Assembly (NCBI RefSeq): GCF_009914755.1 | Contig: NC_060937.1 | DNA length: 64,000 nt | Direction: 5' to 3' (one strand) | DNA from: the human T2T-CHM13v2.0 reference genome, Homo sapiens | Shown: positions 39,800 through 59,271 of the stretch, one piece after another | Layout: every line of letters starts with the position of its first letter | Numbering within the stretch: the first letter of the stretch is position 1 | Notes under the pieces: generated by a model | The model's input: the letters and a program-made list of their open reading frames with translations, nothing else | What the model was told of the DNA's origin: nothing | Databases searched by the model: none | Program-made: the position numbers and the translations under genes

Positions 39800-41070
39800 T
39801 AATTTGCTGTGGTTTCACAATGGCAATGTGGTAATCATAAAAACAAATCCTTCTTCAGAGATGATTAGTGAGCTATTTACAGTATTACAGCATTGCAGTT
39901 ATTTATGATCTTCAAAGTAAACATTAAAAGACTACAGGGTAAAATGAAACAGTATTGGCAAAATGTTGAGAACATTGCAAGTAAGGCATAGGCATATGAG
40001 TTTTAGTAAACTTCTCTCTAACTTGGTGTGTATGAAACATCTCCATAATAAAAATTAGAAGAAAAAATTAGAAGTAAAAATTAGAAGAAAAACCCCACAG
40101 AGAATGAAAGAGAATTTATAATCTGGGAAAGTTATTTGAATTCTAAAAACAAAAAATTGCAATAATATATACGCAAGTGTTAATTATTCCTAAGAAAACT
40201 ATAGATAACTTCAAAATTATAGGCAATAGGTTTTCATAGAAAAGTAATTAGGAATGACTTATATAAATATAATTAGTAATAATGAAAATGCAAATTAGAA
40301 CCAAAATGAGATGTTTCATATCAAATTGACAACAATTAAGAAGCTTACTAATATCAAGCATTAGTAAGAATTTTCATCAGTAGTTTTATTGCTCTTATTA
40401 GATTTTTAAATTGATACAAGTACATTAATAATGTGACAGCCATATAAAGTTAAATATCCATAAACTCCAAAAAGCAGTAATTTCACTGTTAGAGTCATAT
40501 ATCTTTGGGAACTCTTGTACTTCACCACCAATATTTCCATAAGAATATGACTGTAGTTAAGTGGGAGAGAAAAAACGGTTCAGAGGACTGAATGGCTGTA
40601 TATAATGTAATATATTTGCCAGTGAAATACCATAGATCAGAGAAAATACGGTTACAGAACACACTTGAGAAATAAAATATATTAATGAAAAAGAAAGCTG
40701 TAAGACTATTTATAGCATAACTTTTATTGTCAGCAAAATTATAAAAAAAAATAAACACTTGCATATGCATATATACATATTATGCATTTTAGGAACTTTA
40801 CATTTGTGATTAAACATTTTTAAATCTAAAAAAATTCTGCATATATATATATATGTATATATTCAGATTATTGGTTAACCTGGGATAGAGGAAAACTTTA
40901 GGATACAGTAAAAAGAAACAAAAATTCATATAGCAATACCATTGGCTTTCTGCTTGATGGGTTTAGTAGTTAATTCCTGAGGGTTTTTTTTTAAATTATT
41001 GTGCTTTTAGGTTTACATGTGTGTTGCATAGATTTTTTTCATGTATCACATATTATATAATGAAACAGTT
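39800..41070 (+). mobile_element. Ancient L1ME/L1MC 3' remnants (probably two pieces)
   Basis: attggcaaaatgttgag...ctccataataaaa; aaatgcaaattagaaccaaaatgagat; approximate. Confidence 0.55.
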
Positions 41071-42111
41071 AAAATGGATTAGTATGAGGGCATTCATACA
41101 GAGCGAAGGTTATTCATTACCAAAGCCAGGATGTGTGTATTATGTAATTATAAACGGAATAATTCATTCTTAATTTATAACAATCTAAACTGATCATACC
41201 AAAGGATATTGTATTGAATTAGCTGAAGTTAATACTCATAAAATAAGAACTTTAAAAACATAAATCAGAGTTAAAATATTTGATGTATCTACTTTCATAT
41301 GTGACCATATAAACAATTTGACAAAGACAAAATATGTCAATTAGCAATGATGTAATGGATTTCAGTAAAATTGTCAGCAGGATTAAAACTATGTGTATAC
41401 ACATAAATCTTTGTATACTGCAGAGAAATTATATGTTTTTAATACAAACAAAGAAAACAAGTGCATTTAATCAAAACAGTTGCAAGGCATACAGTTTTAA
41501 AGAATAATAATCCAATAATAAAGTATTGAGAAGTAAAATGTAAGGTGACTATTATTTCTATATACACTTATGAAAATTATGAAATATTTAAAAATAATCA
41601 GTATCAAAAAACCTAAAATTAAATTCATCTGGAAATATATTAATTTAAAAAATTAAATAGCACAAGTAAACAAAAATCTTAGCTATACTAGAAAAAATAA
41701 AGTTATCACTTACAATACTAATGAAAGAAAAATAGCTTTTTCACACAAAATGATGAATGCTCTTATGATAAAGAAAATGAGCAATAATTGTGCTGTTTAT
41801 TTCAAATTCATTATTGCAAAATAAAGGCTTTATAGCTATAACCTGTATTTTTCGTTCATTATCTAGGTATTATTTGAATATAGCAATATTTTCACAAATT
41901 ATAATATAAAATTTTAATAATACCTCATTTTCTCTAATTACTTCACATTTGATGATGAATAAGAGTTAAATGAATATCTAATCTGAGGATGTTAATCTTA
42001 TAATTGCATCTAAGAATCTTTTCAATTTTACTGCACTGATTACTACGGCTTAGTCTTTTTCAAACTTGATAACTTTAGGAAAGCTGGATTTGGTACTTGT
42101 TGGTTGGCTTC

Positions 42112-42477
42112 TGATATGGTTTGGCTCTGCGTCCCCACCCAAATCTCACGGTGACTCGTAATCTCCTCATGTTGAAGGAGGGGGCTGGTCGAATGTGATT
42201 GAATCATGCGGGAGGGCTTCCCCTTACTGTTCTCATGATGGAGTTCTCAAGAGATCTGTTTAAAAGTGGTAGCACTTCACCCTTCCCTCTCTCTCCTGCT
42301 ATGCCACAGTATGATGTGCTTCCTTCCCCTTTGCCTTCCTCCATAACTGTAAGTTTCCTGAGGTTCCTCAGCCTTCCTGTACAGCCTGTAGAAGTGTGAA
42401 GCAATTAAACCTCTTTTCTTCATAAATTACTCAGTCTGAGGTAGTTCCTTATAGCAATGTGATAAAGGACTAACATA
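42112..42477 (+). mobile_element. MSTA-like MaLR solo LTR, inserted into an older MLT1-like remnant (~42090-42640)
   Basis: tgatatggtttggctctgcgtccccaccc...cttcctgtacagcctgtagaa...ggactaacata; TSD gcttc/gattc. Confidence 0.85.
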
Positions 42478-42723
42478 GATTCCCTATGAGTGAGTGTTCC
42501 TAGAAAGTTAGAACATGGAAACTGCCAGTGGAAGGCCAGATGTCTGATACTGACAAATACCACTTTCATTGTATTTCATTGGTCAAAGCAGTAAAGAACT
42601 TACCTGTGTTTAAGAGCCCTAAAATGAGATACTTGTGAAAACAGGGTTAAACATTATTGACATTATTTTTTAAAAGAGTTGCATAGTTGCCAGGTTGATG
42701 AGGCCACTGGTGCCCTATTATAT

Positions 42724-42728
<5 letters not shown>

Positions 42729-42769
<41 letters not shown>

Positions 42770-42770
42770 A
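42729..42770. repeat. (CA)17 microsatellite plus short extension
   Basis: Read directly. Confidence 0.97.
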
Positions 42771-42808
42771 TATATTATTATATATGTGTGCAACATTATA
42801 TATGTAAC

Positions 42809-43108
<300 letters not shown>

Positions 43109-43419
43109 ATATGTAACTTTTATACATATACCATTATATCTATACATTCTATACATTATATGTATAAAAGTTATACCTCAGAAAAGGCTCATAGTGATAA
43201 GAATTCAGTGCATTAAAGAAGAGAAAACAGTGACACTTCTAGAAGAAAAAAGAAAGAGATCTACATTCAAAACTCCCACAGAATTCTCTACAGTAACTGT
43301 AGAATATAGAAGAAAATATTTAACACAACTGTTATAAATTAGAGAAGGTGAAGAGACATAAAAAGAAGTAAGATTTCTGTATCTCACTTGACCCAGTAAA
43401 ATGAATAGTAGTAGACTGT

Positions 43420-43955
43420 AATAAACTACATAAATATGACTAAAAGGAAAATCTATAGAAATAAATACATACTCTCATAAACACTACAAATAAATCAAAA
43501 TTAAAATTTAACAAATGTTTAAATAACCCAGAACTAGATAGGTAAATGAAATCAGAAGAAAACCATGGAGCAAACAGCAACACAAACAAAAAGGCAAAAG
43601 TAAGCCCTAACATATAAATAACTATATGTAAATGTTCTAAATACACCAATTAGAAGTGATTGGCAGAGTAAATTTAAACACATAACCCAACTACATGCCC
43701 CTGAGAAAACCATTTCAAATACGGAAATACAGGAAGGTTGAAAGTAAAATGATAAAACATATATCATGCAAATAATAAGTTTTTAAAACAGGAGTGGATA
43801 TATTCATATCAGAAAAAGTAGTCTTCATAGCAAATAAAATTACCAGAGGTATTGAGGGATATTATATTAATATAAATGGGACAGTCTTTCAAAAAACATA
43901 GCTATCCTAAATGTTTATACGCCAAGTAATAGAGCTGCAAAATATGAAACAACTT
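43420..43955 (+). mobile_element. Old L1M fragment (inter-ORF region and start of the ORF2 endonuclease)
   Basis: aaatgttctaaatacaccaatta...gattggcagag...acccaactacatgc...ggagtggatatattcatatcaga. Confidence 0.75.
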
Positions 43956-44929
43956 GAAAGAGAGAGAGGTGGGTGGAGGAATAGAGAGAGAGGTAGTGTA
44001 AACTAGCTGCTGAATATAAATATATATGTGTACATATATGTTATATATGTTACATATTACTGATTATATCATAAATATTCAAGTATTATATAGTCTTTTT
44101 TCTGGTGCCTTTGCTATAATAGTGTTTTTATTTTGTTCTGTATACTTAAATTTTATGAAAAATGAAGCAAAGCAATATTTTTAAAGCTCTTTACTGTTAA
44201 GCTGTCACCTGATTTATAGTAGTTGCAAAATTCATGGACATTGAGAAAACCTTTTCATTAAAAGTACCAACTTCAAAAAATGATGTAAAAGAAGTGCTTT
44301 TAAGAGCTGAAAGCTGTGGCCACATGGAACAAAAGAATAAATGGTAAGAGTTCTGTGTGATGTTCATATTGAAGTTTCATGCTTTTATAGCTCAACAGAT
44401 CAAATGTGATGAACCACTTGTTCCATAAAAGGTTATGGGGCTTTCACTTTCACAAAACTAAAGAATCAAATTGCTCTTCTTTTAGAAATACCCCAAGTGA
44501 TTAAAGATTTGGATTAAAAAAAAAAAGCAACATCCTACCTTCTGCTACCAATTGTGAGTTGTGGGCTATTAGTGTCATGGATAGAATATACTTCTTTTAA
44601 AAACACCTAAAGGTGCTATATTATGGTAACATCTTATTTTGTCATCAAAAACTATGAGATGAAGTTCCTTTACATAAAATATGAATGAGAATACCTGAAT
44701 TTTTCCATTTTCTATTGGTTCTGAATTTATTTGTAAACTGAACAAGACACACTGCACCTTCCATTATTATTATTGTGAAATTAATTTTCCTTAATTGTAA
44801 TAATTTACTCTTTTGGGTTTGAATTATAAAATCTAGAGACCAGAGTCTCTACATGATTCTTTGTGAAACACATGACAAAAATTATCAAATATGAAATATC
44901 TTTGTAAAATATCAATATTTTTGCCCTTC

Positions 44930-45405
44930 TCATCTACTCTTCTGTTCCTCCCTCACTGCCCTATACCCTCCCTGGCCTTCTTACTGATCCTTGAACATGT
45001 CAAATTAGCTGTGTCATGGGGCTTTGCACAGGTTTTTTTCCTCTGCTTAAATGCCCCTTACCAAGAGAACCGTGTGACCAAAATCATCTTCAATCTCTTA
45101 ATAAAATATCTTCTTATGGTTAAAATATCACTCTGCCTCCCAATCCTCTTTATAATTGTAACTTTCCTCTCTATGATTTCTAAACTCACTTTCCTTGTGT
45201 CATTTCCCCAAAAATACTTAGCATTCTCAGCATAATATGTAATTTATTGTATCTATTTGATTATCATTTATTGCATATTTTCCATTAGCAGAAGTTAAGT
45301 TTCATGACGACAGTGATATTTTTATGTTTTGTTCACAGATCCCGTCCAAATTCCTTATACAGTTAAAGACATGTGATGGGTACTCCAATATTTGTTGAAT
45401 GAATG
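44930..45405 (+). mobile_element. L2 3' end
   Basis: ccctggccttcttactgatccttgaacatg...gggctttgcac...aatatttgttgaatgaatg. Confidence 0.8.
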
Positions 45406-45461
45406 CTGCTGTACAATATAATACATTTATTTGTATGTATTATAGGAAAAGGTTTCACATA

Positions 45462-46743
45462 TGAGGGGACTTCAGAAAGTTCACCAAGAAATGAAACTTA
45501 CAAATAAAAATATAAGTATGAACTTTATTTCTCACTATGAGCTCCGTCAAGGCTAAGATGCTTTTGTAAGCAATGACAGCAGCCATTTAGTCCATCTCTA
45601 AATAAATGATGGTCCTAAGAATTTAATCATGTCAAGGTAGTCTTTTTTACATTATTAATTAAAGAAAATACATGTCCTTTACAGATGTTTTTCATATTAG
45701 GAAAAAAACAAAGTCAGAAGAAGCCAAATCAGATCCCTAAGTGGGATGCCTAATGATTTTCCATTAAAACTCTCACAAAATTGCCCTTGTTAATGAGAGT
45801 AATGAGCAGAAGCATTGTTATGGTGGAGAGGGACTCTCTGATGAAGTTTGCCGGGTGTTTTTGTGTTAAAGCATTGACTAACTTTCTCAAACACTCATAA
45901 TAAGCAGGATTTATAGTTTTTGAACTTCTAGAGAATAAGCAAAAAGCCACGAGCATCCCAAAAAATGATGCCATGACTTTGCTCTTGACCAGTCCACTTT
46001 TTCTTTGACTGGACCACTTCCAACTCTTGATAGCCATTACTTTATTTGTGCTTTGTCTTCAGGATAATATTGGTATAGCTATGATTTATCTCCTGTTACA
46101 ATTCTCTTAAGAAAGACTTCAGCATCTTGATCTCAGTTCTTTAAAATTTTCGTTGAATGTTATGCTCTTGTCTGCAGCTGACCCAGGCACAACAGTTTTG
46201 GGATCTATTAAATGGAAAGTTGGCATAACTTTAATTTTTTAGTAGTCAGAATTGTGTAAGCTTAACCAGTTGAGATGTCTGTGATGTTGTCTATTGTTTC
46301 TGCTGTTAATTGTTCGTCTTCTTGAATTAGGGCATGAACAAGATTATTTTATTTCTAGCAAATTGATATAGATGGCCTGACGCTGTGGGCTTTAACATTG
46401 TCTTGTCCCTTCTTAAAACAAGTCAACCATTTGTACACTGCTAATTTCTCTTGGTTATTGTCCTCCTAAACTTTTCAGAAAGCATCAGTGACTCATCATT
46501 TTTCTACCCAAGCTTCACCATAAATTTGATATTTGTTCTTGCTTCAATTTTCATAGAATACATGTTACTTTTCTAGGGGCTCTTTTCAAACTGATGCCTT
46601 TTTCTTCTTAATGCCTCAAACTAGATACTGTTCATACATGTTATAAAAAGTTAGTACGAGTTTATTACTGTGCAATAGTTTTGAAATTTATGAGTAGTTT
46701 TTCATAGTATGCATTTTTCCATTATCATTTTAAAGACCCTTCA
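45462..46743 (-). mobile_element. Full-length decayed Hsmar2 mariner transposon
   Basis: About 1.28 kb; TIR-like ends tgaggggacttcagaaagttca and cattttt...taaagacccttca, TA at left; minus-strand peptides SKVMASFF, TINPAYYECLRKLVNALTQKHP and SDLASSDF (YSPDLAPSDF motif) with stops and frameshifts. Confidence 0.9.
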
Positions 46744-48099
46744 CCCAGTCTCAAATCTTATTTTGCTTAACTTGCATCTCCTATAAAATAATGTTTAGTG
46801 TCTTTTCTCCATTTACTTGATTTAAATATTTTGCCACTTATCTTAACAAAAGACGATGCAAAGTAAATGAAGGCTAACATAACTTTCTTTAATATAAGTA
46901 ATATTAATATGTATGACCAAGTCATTTACAATTTCTATCATGTCTACTGCAAAGTATGTATGCAAATATGGTGATTTTGATTAATATATGTATTAAAAAT
47001 CTTAAAAGGAAAGCTATTTAATCTGTAGCATGGATGAATATTTATTTGACAAAAAAATTAATAAGTATGCATTCTTTCAAAAACTCAGCATATATGTTTT
47101 GAGTACATAAAGAATGCCAAGTATCGGATGATGTTATAAGAATATATAAGAACACAAGACAATAAAGATGGCTGCATTTAGGAAACTTATATTTGGATGG
47201 ATTAAAATAATCAACATTTAGGAATAAATGGAAATTTCATTACGATTAAATATAAAATAAATAATCACTAGTTATAAAAATCATTTTTTAAACTAGAAAA
47301 TAGCTAACATTTTATTTACATGTACTCAAGGAAAAATGCTATTAATAGATACATTTCTGAAGAATAATATAAATTTATATGCACATTTTATCAGAAAGTG
47401 GCACAATATTTTAGATCTTTACAAATAGTCCAGTGGTTGTTCAATCATTCAGTTTAATATTTGTTTATCCATGAAGGTTTATTCCAGTACCAATTATTCA
47501 TCATGGCCATAAGTAGAAGTCTCCATGCTTTTTAAAATATAATATAGTTTTATGTGATATTGCCTTTGTAAAATGAATATGTTCACTAGTTTTAAAACAA
47601 TTGAACAGATATGAGGAAACCATGTGATTCCAAAATTTTAAAGTCATATAAAATGGATATTGTTTTCTAGGAAAGTCATCTGACAAAGGACAGATTCCTA
47701 GTAATAAAAACCATTCGAGAAATTATTGAAATTCTACAGACAAGCAATGATTAGGACATGAAATGGAACAGTAGTTGTAGGAATGAAAAGTAATAGAATG
47801 TTTAATATTGTAATATGAAAATGTAGCATTTTTTTTATTTCCAGTGTATTTAAGCATTTCCAAATATACAAAACTACAGTGACTCTGAGATGCCTAGAAC
47901 AGGAACTGTGTTGTCATAAGACTATTTATTTTAATATAGACCATAGAATTTTTAAACCCAACTCATCACAGTGACAGTTCTAAAATCCCCTTGGGCTTCA
48001 AAACTGTTAAAAATGTTTCCCCTGTCCTGATTCTATTCCATGAATCTATATATTGCAGTTTCTTTTTACAGCCTAATTAGAGAAGTAAGATTTACAAAG

Positions 48100-51000
48100 G
48101 CCCAGAAGTCAAATCAATGCAAAGAGAACACTGTAATTTGTTTCACTGGGTCATATGAGTGAGTCGTGATCAAGAGTGAAAAAATTACGGTTGAAACTGT
48201 TTCCAGTGATAGATTAGCACCCAGAGGATGGAGACTTTAGATAAGACACTATACTAAAGTAAGCAAGTAAGCAGGTTATTGAACAGTATATAATTAAGGT
48301 TGGGGACTACAGGTATTGACAAATGAAGACATGAGCCAAGTAGTTTCCCAGAAATTACAGATTAGGGCTCATGATATTTATTTCTCTCCAGATAATATTA
48401 TGATGCTCAATTTGTAGGAGGCATGCAATGTGTTGTTGCTGACTATAAAATTAATGCTCTTCCCTCTTCTAAAAAAATTCCAAAAGCTTCAATGAGGTAT
48501 GAGAGTCATATTATTTAAAAGTTCCACATTTTCCTAATAGTTTTTTTGACTCACCAAATACTCATGTAACAAGTATTAAGTCAGGTGGATTATATTTGGG
48601 ATCACTCAAAACTTGTTCCTATCACTGTTTCACACCCATTCTTAGTCACAATTCTCCTTTCAGATGGTAAGGCTGTGTGTTCATTGGAGTGATTACCCAC
48701 CTTTGAACAGCTATCAAGCCTGGAAGTAACTTGGTGCCATATGCTACTTGTGGATCTATGGTCATTGGCTGATTCCTGTACGTGTTTTAATAGAAAGTGG
48801 ATCTCCTGTGTTTATGCAAGTTTATGTATAATCTGATGCCAACATATTAAACACATTTTCAGATATACCAAAGCTGTGCAGGCAGTAAATATACAAATTT
48901 ATCCAGATAGATATCTATTGCTTGAGAATAATCCACTGGTCCTTACCACCAAGCTGCTGTTGGCTCCCTCAGTGGATCATGCCACTGGTTCCTCTTCCTG
49001 GCAGATGGATCACTGGTCTCTAGAAGTTGCCAGACTAACACTGGTCATGTGAGTACAGGCTGTTTATCTCAGGCATCTCCTTCATTGCTACCACAATGGC
49101 CACTTTATTCATGTGCCTATCAGGCTAGACCTGTGGTTGCCAATTACAAAGGCCTGCTAAGATTCCCTTGCTGAGTCCTTTTGACTTCTTTGTGAATTGA
49201 TCCATTTTCAGAAGTGAATGAATATTTTGATATGTGACATATTTACACATCATATGCTTATAACCCAGATTTTAAGCAAAACATACAGTATTTTTCATCC
49301 AGGCTACTCAATACTAATCACTAGCCTATGTTTACTGCCTCTTTGGGAAAATTCTCTGTCCACACAAAGTGGATGATTAGGGTCATTGTCTGAATTTCTA
49401 CCTATTGGTAAGATTTTCCTTTGTCACTTTTTTCAAGGCTAATAGCATAGGGAGTTATAGTGCAGTTTTCATTGATACTGACTTGCATGCTATTGCCAAG
49501 ACAAATTATTGATAAACAAAATTGAGATGTGTTCTTGTCTTTCATCTGATCATAAGATGTTCTCATAGACATAGGCCAAGGGAGGGATACTGGTGTAACA
49601 ATATTGGGTATCATGGGCATCTAGGCTTCCCTCACATGCTTCTGGCTGTGCACTCTGTCACTGATGTAATGCATTCCAGGTGTACTGCTTCATTCATCTG
49701 TCAGGGTTTTATATCAGAGATGGTTTGTACAATATTCACATAGTCCATATCTCTTCTGACTAAATGATGCCAGAGGTGGAAGTGTTAACGTAGCTTTGAG
49801 ACAAAATTGTGACTATAAGGTGTTGTTTATTCCATGTGAATGTGAACTGTTTTAATCCCTTTCTTATCATAATAGAAAACTATATTTTCCAAATCAATGG
49901 TCTCTGAGGCTATACTAATTATTTTTAGCAAAAGTTTCACATTCTCATGGGATTTGGGATTTGGTCTACAACAAGGTTGATCCTATAGTATTCTACGGTC
50001 ATTCTCCAGCATCCATCTATTTCTATAGGAGTCACATAGGTGAATTAAAATAGATATAATAAGAACTACTAATCCACTAATCTGGCCCTTTTTAGACTAT
50101 TGAGGGTGATATTAGATTTTTTTAAGCCACCTGGGATGTAATATTGTTTTTGAATTTCTTGTTTTACAAGGAAAATTATACCATGAAAGTTTTTCCTCTA
50201 TGGACTAAAGAAAGGTGCATTGTGATCGGATGTGATTAGAAAGCATGAGAATAGACTAATACATCTACTTTTAGACTAATACATCTACTTTTAGCCTTGG
50301 TATCAATCCACAGTTACCAGAGGAAATTAACATGAATCTCTTTAGTGAAGCACTAGGATATACATTTTGTGTAGGTTACTCTCTATGGTTTTGCACAGTC
50401 CTTTCCCCTGGGGATTTCACTGCTTCTTCAGGTAATGCATTCTAACTGCAAAACTGGCTTAGCTCCAGAAACTCGGCAATCGGTACTTTTAAATGGATCA
50501 ATTGTCTTCAGTACACAGATATTTCACCCTTCATTTTTTCTGTTGGCACAAATTGAATAGTAACTTTGTTGGCTACCCACAGCCAACTTTGTTGGCTGCA
50601 TTCCCCTAGAAATTTTGTGTTCTATTGACCATTTTTATAAACCTGTGCTGTTTGTTACCCTTTGGCTGCCACTCAGAACTTGCCAGTTATTAGTATGGTT
50701 ATGATCACTTCTCTTCCAGTGGTTAAACACCACGGCCCTGCCTCCATTGTCTTGCAATAATTAAACGAGGTTTGTAGAAGCTTCTCCTAATGATATGGTT
50801 TAGCTGTGTCCCCACCCAAATCTCATCTTGCATCACAGCTCCCATAATTCCCACATGTCATGGGAGGGACCCAGTGGGAGGTAATTGAATTATGAGGGTG
50901 AGTCTTTCCCATGTTGTTTGCATGATAGTGAATGAGTCTCACGAGATCTCATGGTTTTATAAAGGGGAGTTCCCCTGCACAAGCTCTCTCTTGCCTGCTG

Positions 51001-51560
51001 CCATGTAAGACATACCTTTGCTTTTCCTTTGTCTTTCTGTCATGATTGTGAGGCCTCCCCAGCCATGTGGAACCGTGAGTCCATTAAACCTCTTTCTTTT
51101 ATAAATTACCCAGTCTCAGAAATGTCTTTATTAGCAGCATGAGAATAGACTAATACATATACTTCTAGCCTTGGTATCAGAAAGAGTGATTCTTTTACTT
51201 GTGCATTGCTTAGTGTTGTTACCTTCCTACAGTACTCTAACGTCTGTGAACCTTTTGACTGCATGTCCAGTTCAGCATGGTTTCTCTTTCACCATCTGAG
51301 AGGCAACTCTGGCATCTCATATTTATTCAACATGGACAGTCACTTTTCCATGGTTCTAGCGAGCATTATGGAAGTGAGTTTACCACCTTCCAGGGTCCTT
51401 TTTCAGAGTGTTATATCTTGTAATTTGGGATAATGCCACAAATTCAATTTTATATCCCAAATCACTTTATCAGCACCCTCAGAATTTAGTCTCATGACTA
51501 ACTGGAGAGCTTCTGCCTGTAAAGGACAGCCAGATTTTTTTTACTTTCTTTGGCATGTAG
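48100..51560 (-). mobile_element. Heavily diverged ERVL/MaLR internal sequence, interrupted by THE1
   Basis: Moderately GC-richer block with ERVL-like antisense motifs (gggtatcatgggcatctagg, ttgttttt...aagccacctgggatg); ends and family uncertain. Confidence 0.45.
50791..51157 (+). mobile_element. THE1B/C MaLR solo LTR
   Basis: tgatatggtttagctgtgtccccacccaaatctcatcttg...ggggagttcccctgcacaagctc...atagactaataca. Confidence 0.92.
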
Positions 51561-51769
51561 TGACATTGAGATATTGACAACTAATATATCCTCAAATGAA
51601 GTATGTTATAAATTAACCCTATTTAGACCTACTGTTCAAGAAAGAAGATGGAGCATATCTTAAGGTAAAATGTGATTTTTTACTCCAGGAAGGTATCTAA
51701 AAAGAAATCTCTTCTTGTCTTAAAGTAATTGTTATTATTATTTTTTAATTTGTTGATTTAAAAAAATAT

Positions 51770-52690
51770 ACTGGGGTAAGAACATTTAACATTAGATCTA
51801 CTTGCTTACCAAAATTTTAAGAACACAATGGAGCATTGTTAATTATAGGCACAATGTTGTACAGCAGTTCTGTTAATCTTATTCCTCTTGCATTATTAAA
51901 AGTTTATGCTCATTGAATAATATCTCCCCATTTTTCCCTCTCCCCTGCCCCTGGCAGCCGCCATCTACTTTCTACTTCAATGAGATTGACTATTTTAGAT
52001 ATATCATATAAGTGGATTTACACAGTATTGATAGTTCTGTGACTGACTTATTTCTCTTAGCATAATGTCTTCATGGTTCATCCATTTTGTTGCATATTAG
52101 AAAATTTCCTCCTTTTTAAAAGCTGAATGATATTTTATTGTATTTATATATTATATGTTCTTTATCCACTAATCAACTGATGGGCATTTAGGTTGTTTCC
52201 ATATCTTATCTACTGTAAATAATGTTCCAGTTAACATAAGGGTGCACATAACTGTTCAAGATCATAATTTTTTCTTTTGGATTAATTACTCAGAAGTAGG
52301 ATTTCTATATCCTGTGGTAGTCTATTTGCATTTTTTCAGGAAACTTCATACTTGTTATTCATAGCAGCTGCACCATTATACATTCTCATCAACATATATT
52401 AATACTGCAATTTCTCACATACTTGCTAACACTTCTTACATTTAGTTTTATTCATTTTTTATAATAATCATTATAACAGGTATGAAGTGCTATCTTGTTG
52501 TAGTTTTGATTTGCATTTCTCTTATGATTTGTGATGTTGAGAATATTTTCATATACCTGTTGGCCATTTTTATGTTTTTCTAGAGATAAATGTCCATTCA
52601 AGTTATTTGTCAAGTTCTTTTAAATCGGGGTTTTTTTTTTTTTAGTATGAGTTGAAGGACTTAATCATGTATTTTCCATATTAACTTTTA
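51770..52690 (-). mobile_element. L1MA8/9-type 3' fragment
   Basis: gtaagaacatttaacattagatctac...aggcacaatgttgtacagcag...gttttgatttgcatttctc. Confidence 0.88.
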
Positions 52691-53884
52691 ACAATTGCTT
52701 TCCTATTATAATTTCCTTCCATTAACTAACCCAGAACAATATATTTTCTGTTGGCTGAATTGATATTTATTTTATTGAATACTTAGGGGACAAAGAGATG
52801 AACTATGTGCAACTTTAAGATTCTTTTGTATCATATTTTCAAGAATAAAAGAGACAAACAAATTTTGGAAATGGCAGAGAAAAACTAAAATTTTCGGAGT
52901 TAATATAAACTTATATTTTTTAAAAAGAGAAATAATTTTTTCTGTTGAAATTTCAGGATTGAAATAAAATAGCAATTTTATTATAATATCATTTAAAATA
53001 CTCCATATGCTTATTTAGTTGATTTTATTTACATGTGGTTATTTATGTATATTATCACTGTCTAATTTGGCTTTCTACCTTATTATTAGTTTTAAAAAAT
53101 TGCAAAGTTTTCATAGAAATTTAGCAAATTGCCAAAAGCCATCTTTTCCCTAGAGAGCTTGCCTTAACACAGCGTATCAATTGAAAACACAACCATTCTA
53201 ATCTAATACACAAATCCCTCTACAACTGCACTTCCTGAGCCATGCTTGCTACAGATTGTTAGCAGAAGGGAAGAAGAACTTAGAGAACTGTAAAAGTATA
53301 CCATTTGGCCTAGGGCATATCATTCAGTTTGTTGTAATATTTAAAAATACATTCAGTCATAATTATGAAATATATTTCTGTAATTGCAATTAACTGGGAA
53401 CTTAAAATGTTTTTAGTATACAGTATTTTTACATTGGAGATACTTTCTATTAGTTTGGTTTAAGAATTTATACATGAACTTTTAATTCTTTTTTTACTTA
53501 ATATTTATTTTTTAAAAATATACTTTCTATTCTACACGTCTGTTGGCCTTTTGAAAAAGAATATGCAAATTACAAAATTAGAAACATAAATTGGTTCATA
53601 TTGCCTTACAGACATTTTAACTTTTCAAGTAAGTGATAAAATTTCTAATTTAGTCTAAGTAGTATTTAGAAGTGTTTTTAAAAAATCTTTTATATATATA
53701 TGCTATAAAATAAGCAATGTGTGTATGGTTGAACTGTTTTTCAGATAATTGTCATACATCTAAAAGATTTATTTGTATTATTGATTTACATTAAATTGAA
53801 CATATATTAAACTTTTTAAAACTATTTTTCTACTGACAGGAATTCACATTGTTTCCATTTTTATATTTAAATTATTTTGTAATT

Positions 53885-59117
<5,233 letters not shown>

Positions 59118-59271
59118 TGAAGGATTAAAAAGATAAGTAGGGAAATTTGGATATAACTGGCTAATATATGGCATCATCATCAGTAAAAAAAAATTACTTT
59201 TGTTAGAAGTACTTATGATATTATGGTTATGGTGAAAAATATTTTTATTTTTAGACATGGATACTGAAGTA

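Noticed and set aside
40050-40092. Three copies of aaaaattagaag
   Set aside because: Slippage in an old L1 A-rich tail
45750-46037. Mariner transposase ORF as an active or domesticated gene
   Set aside because: Short frameshifted fragment with stops in adjacent catalytic motifs
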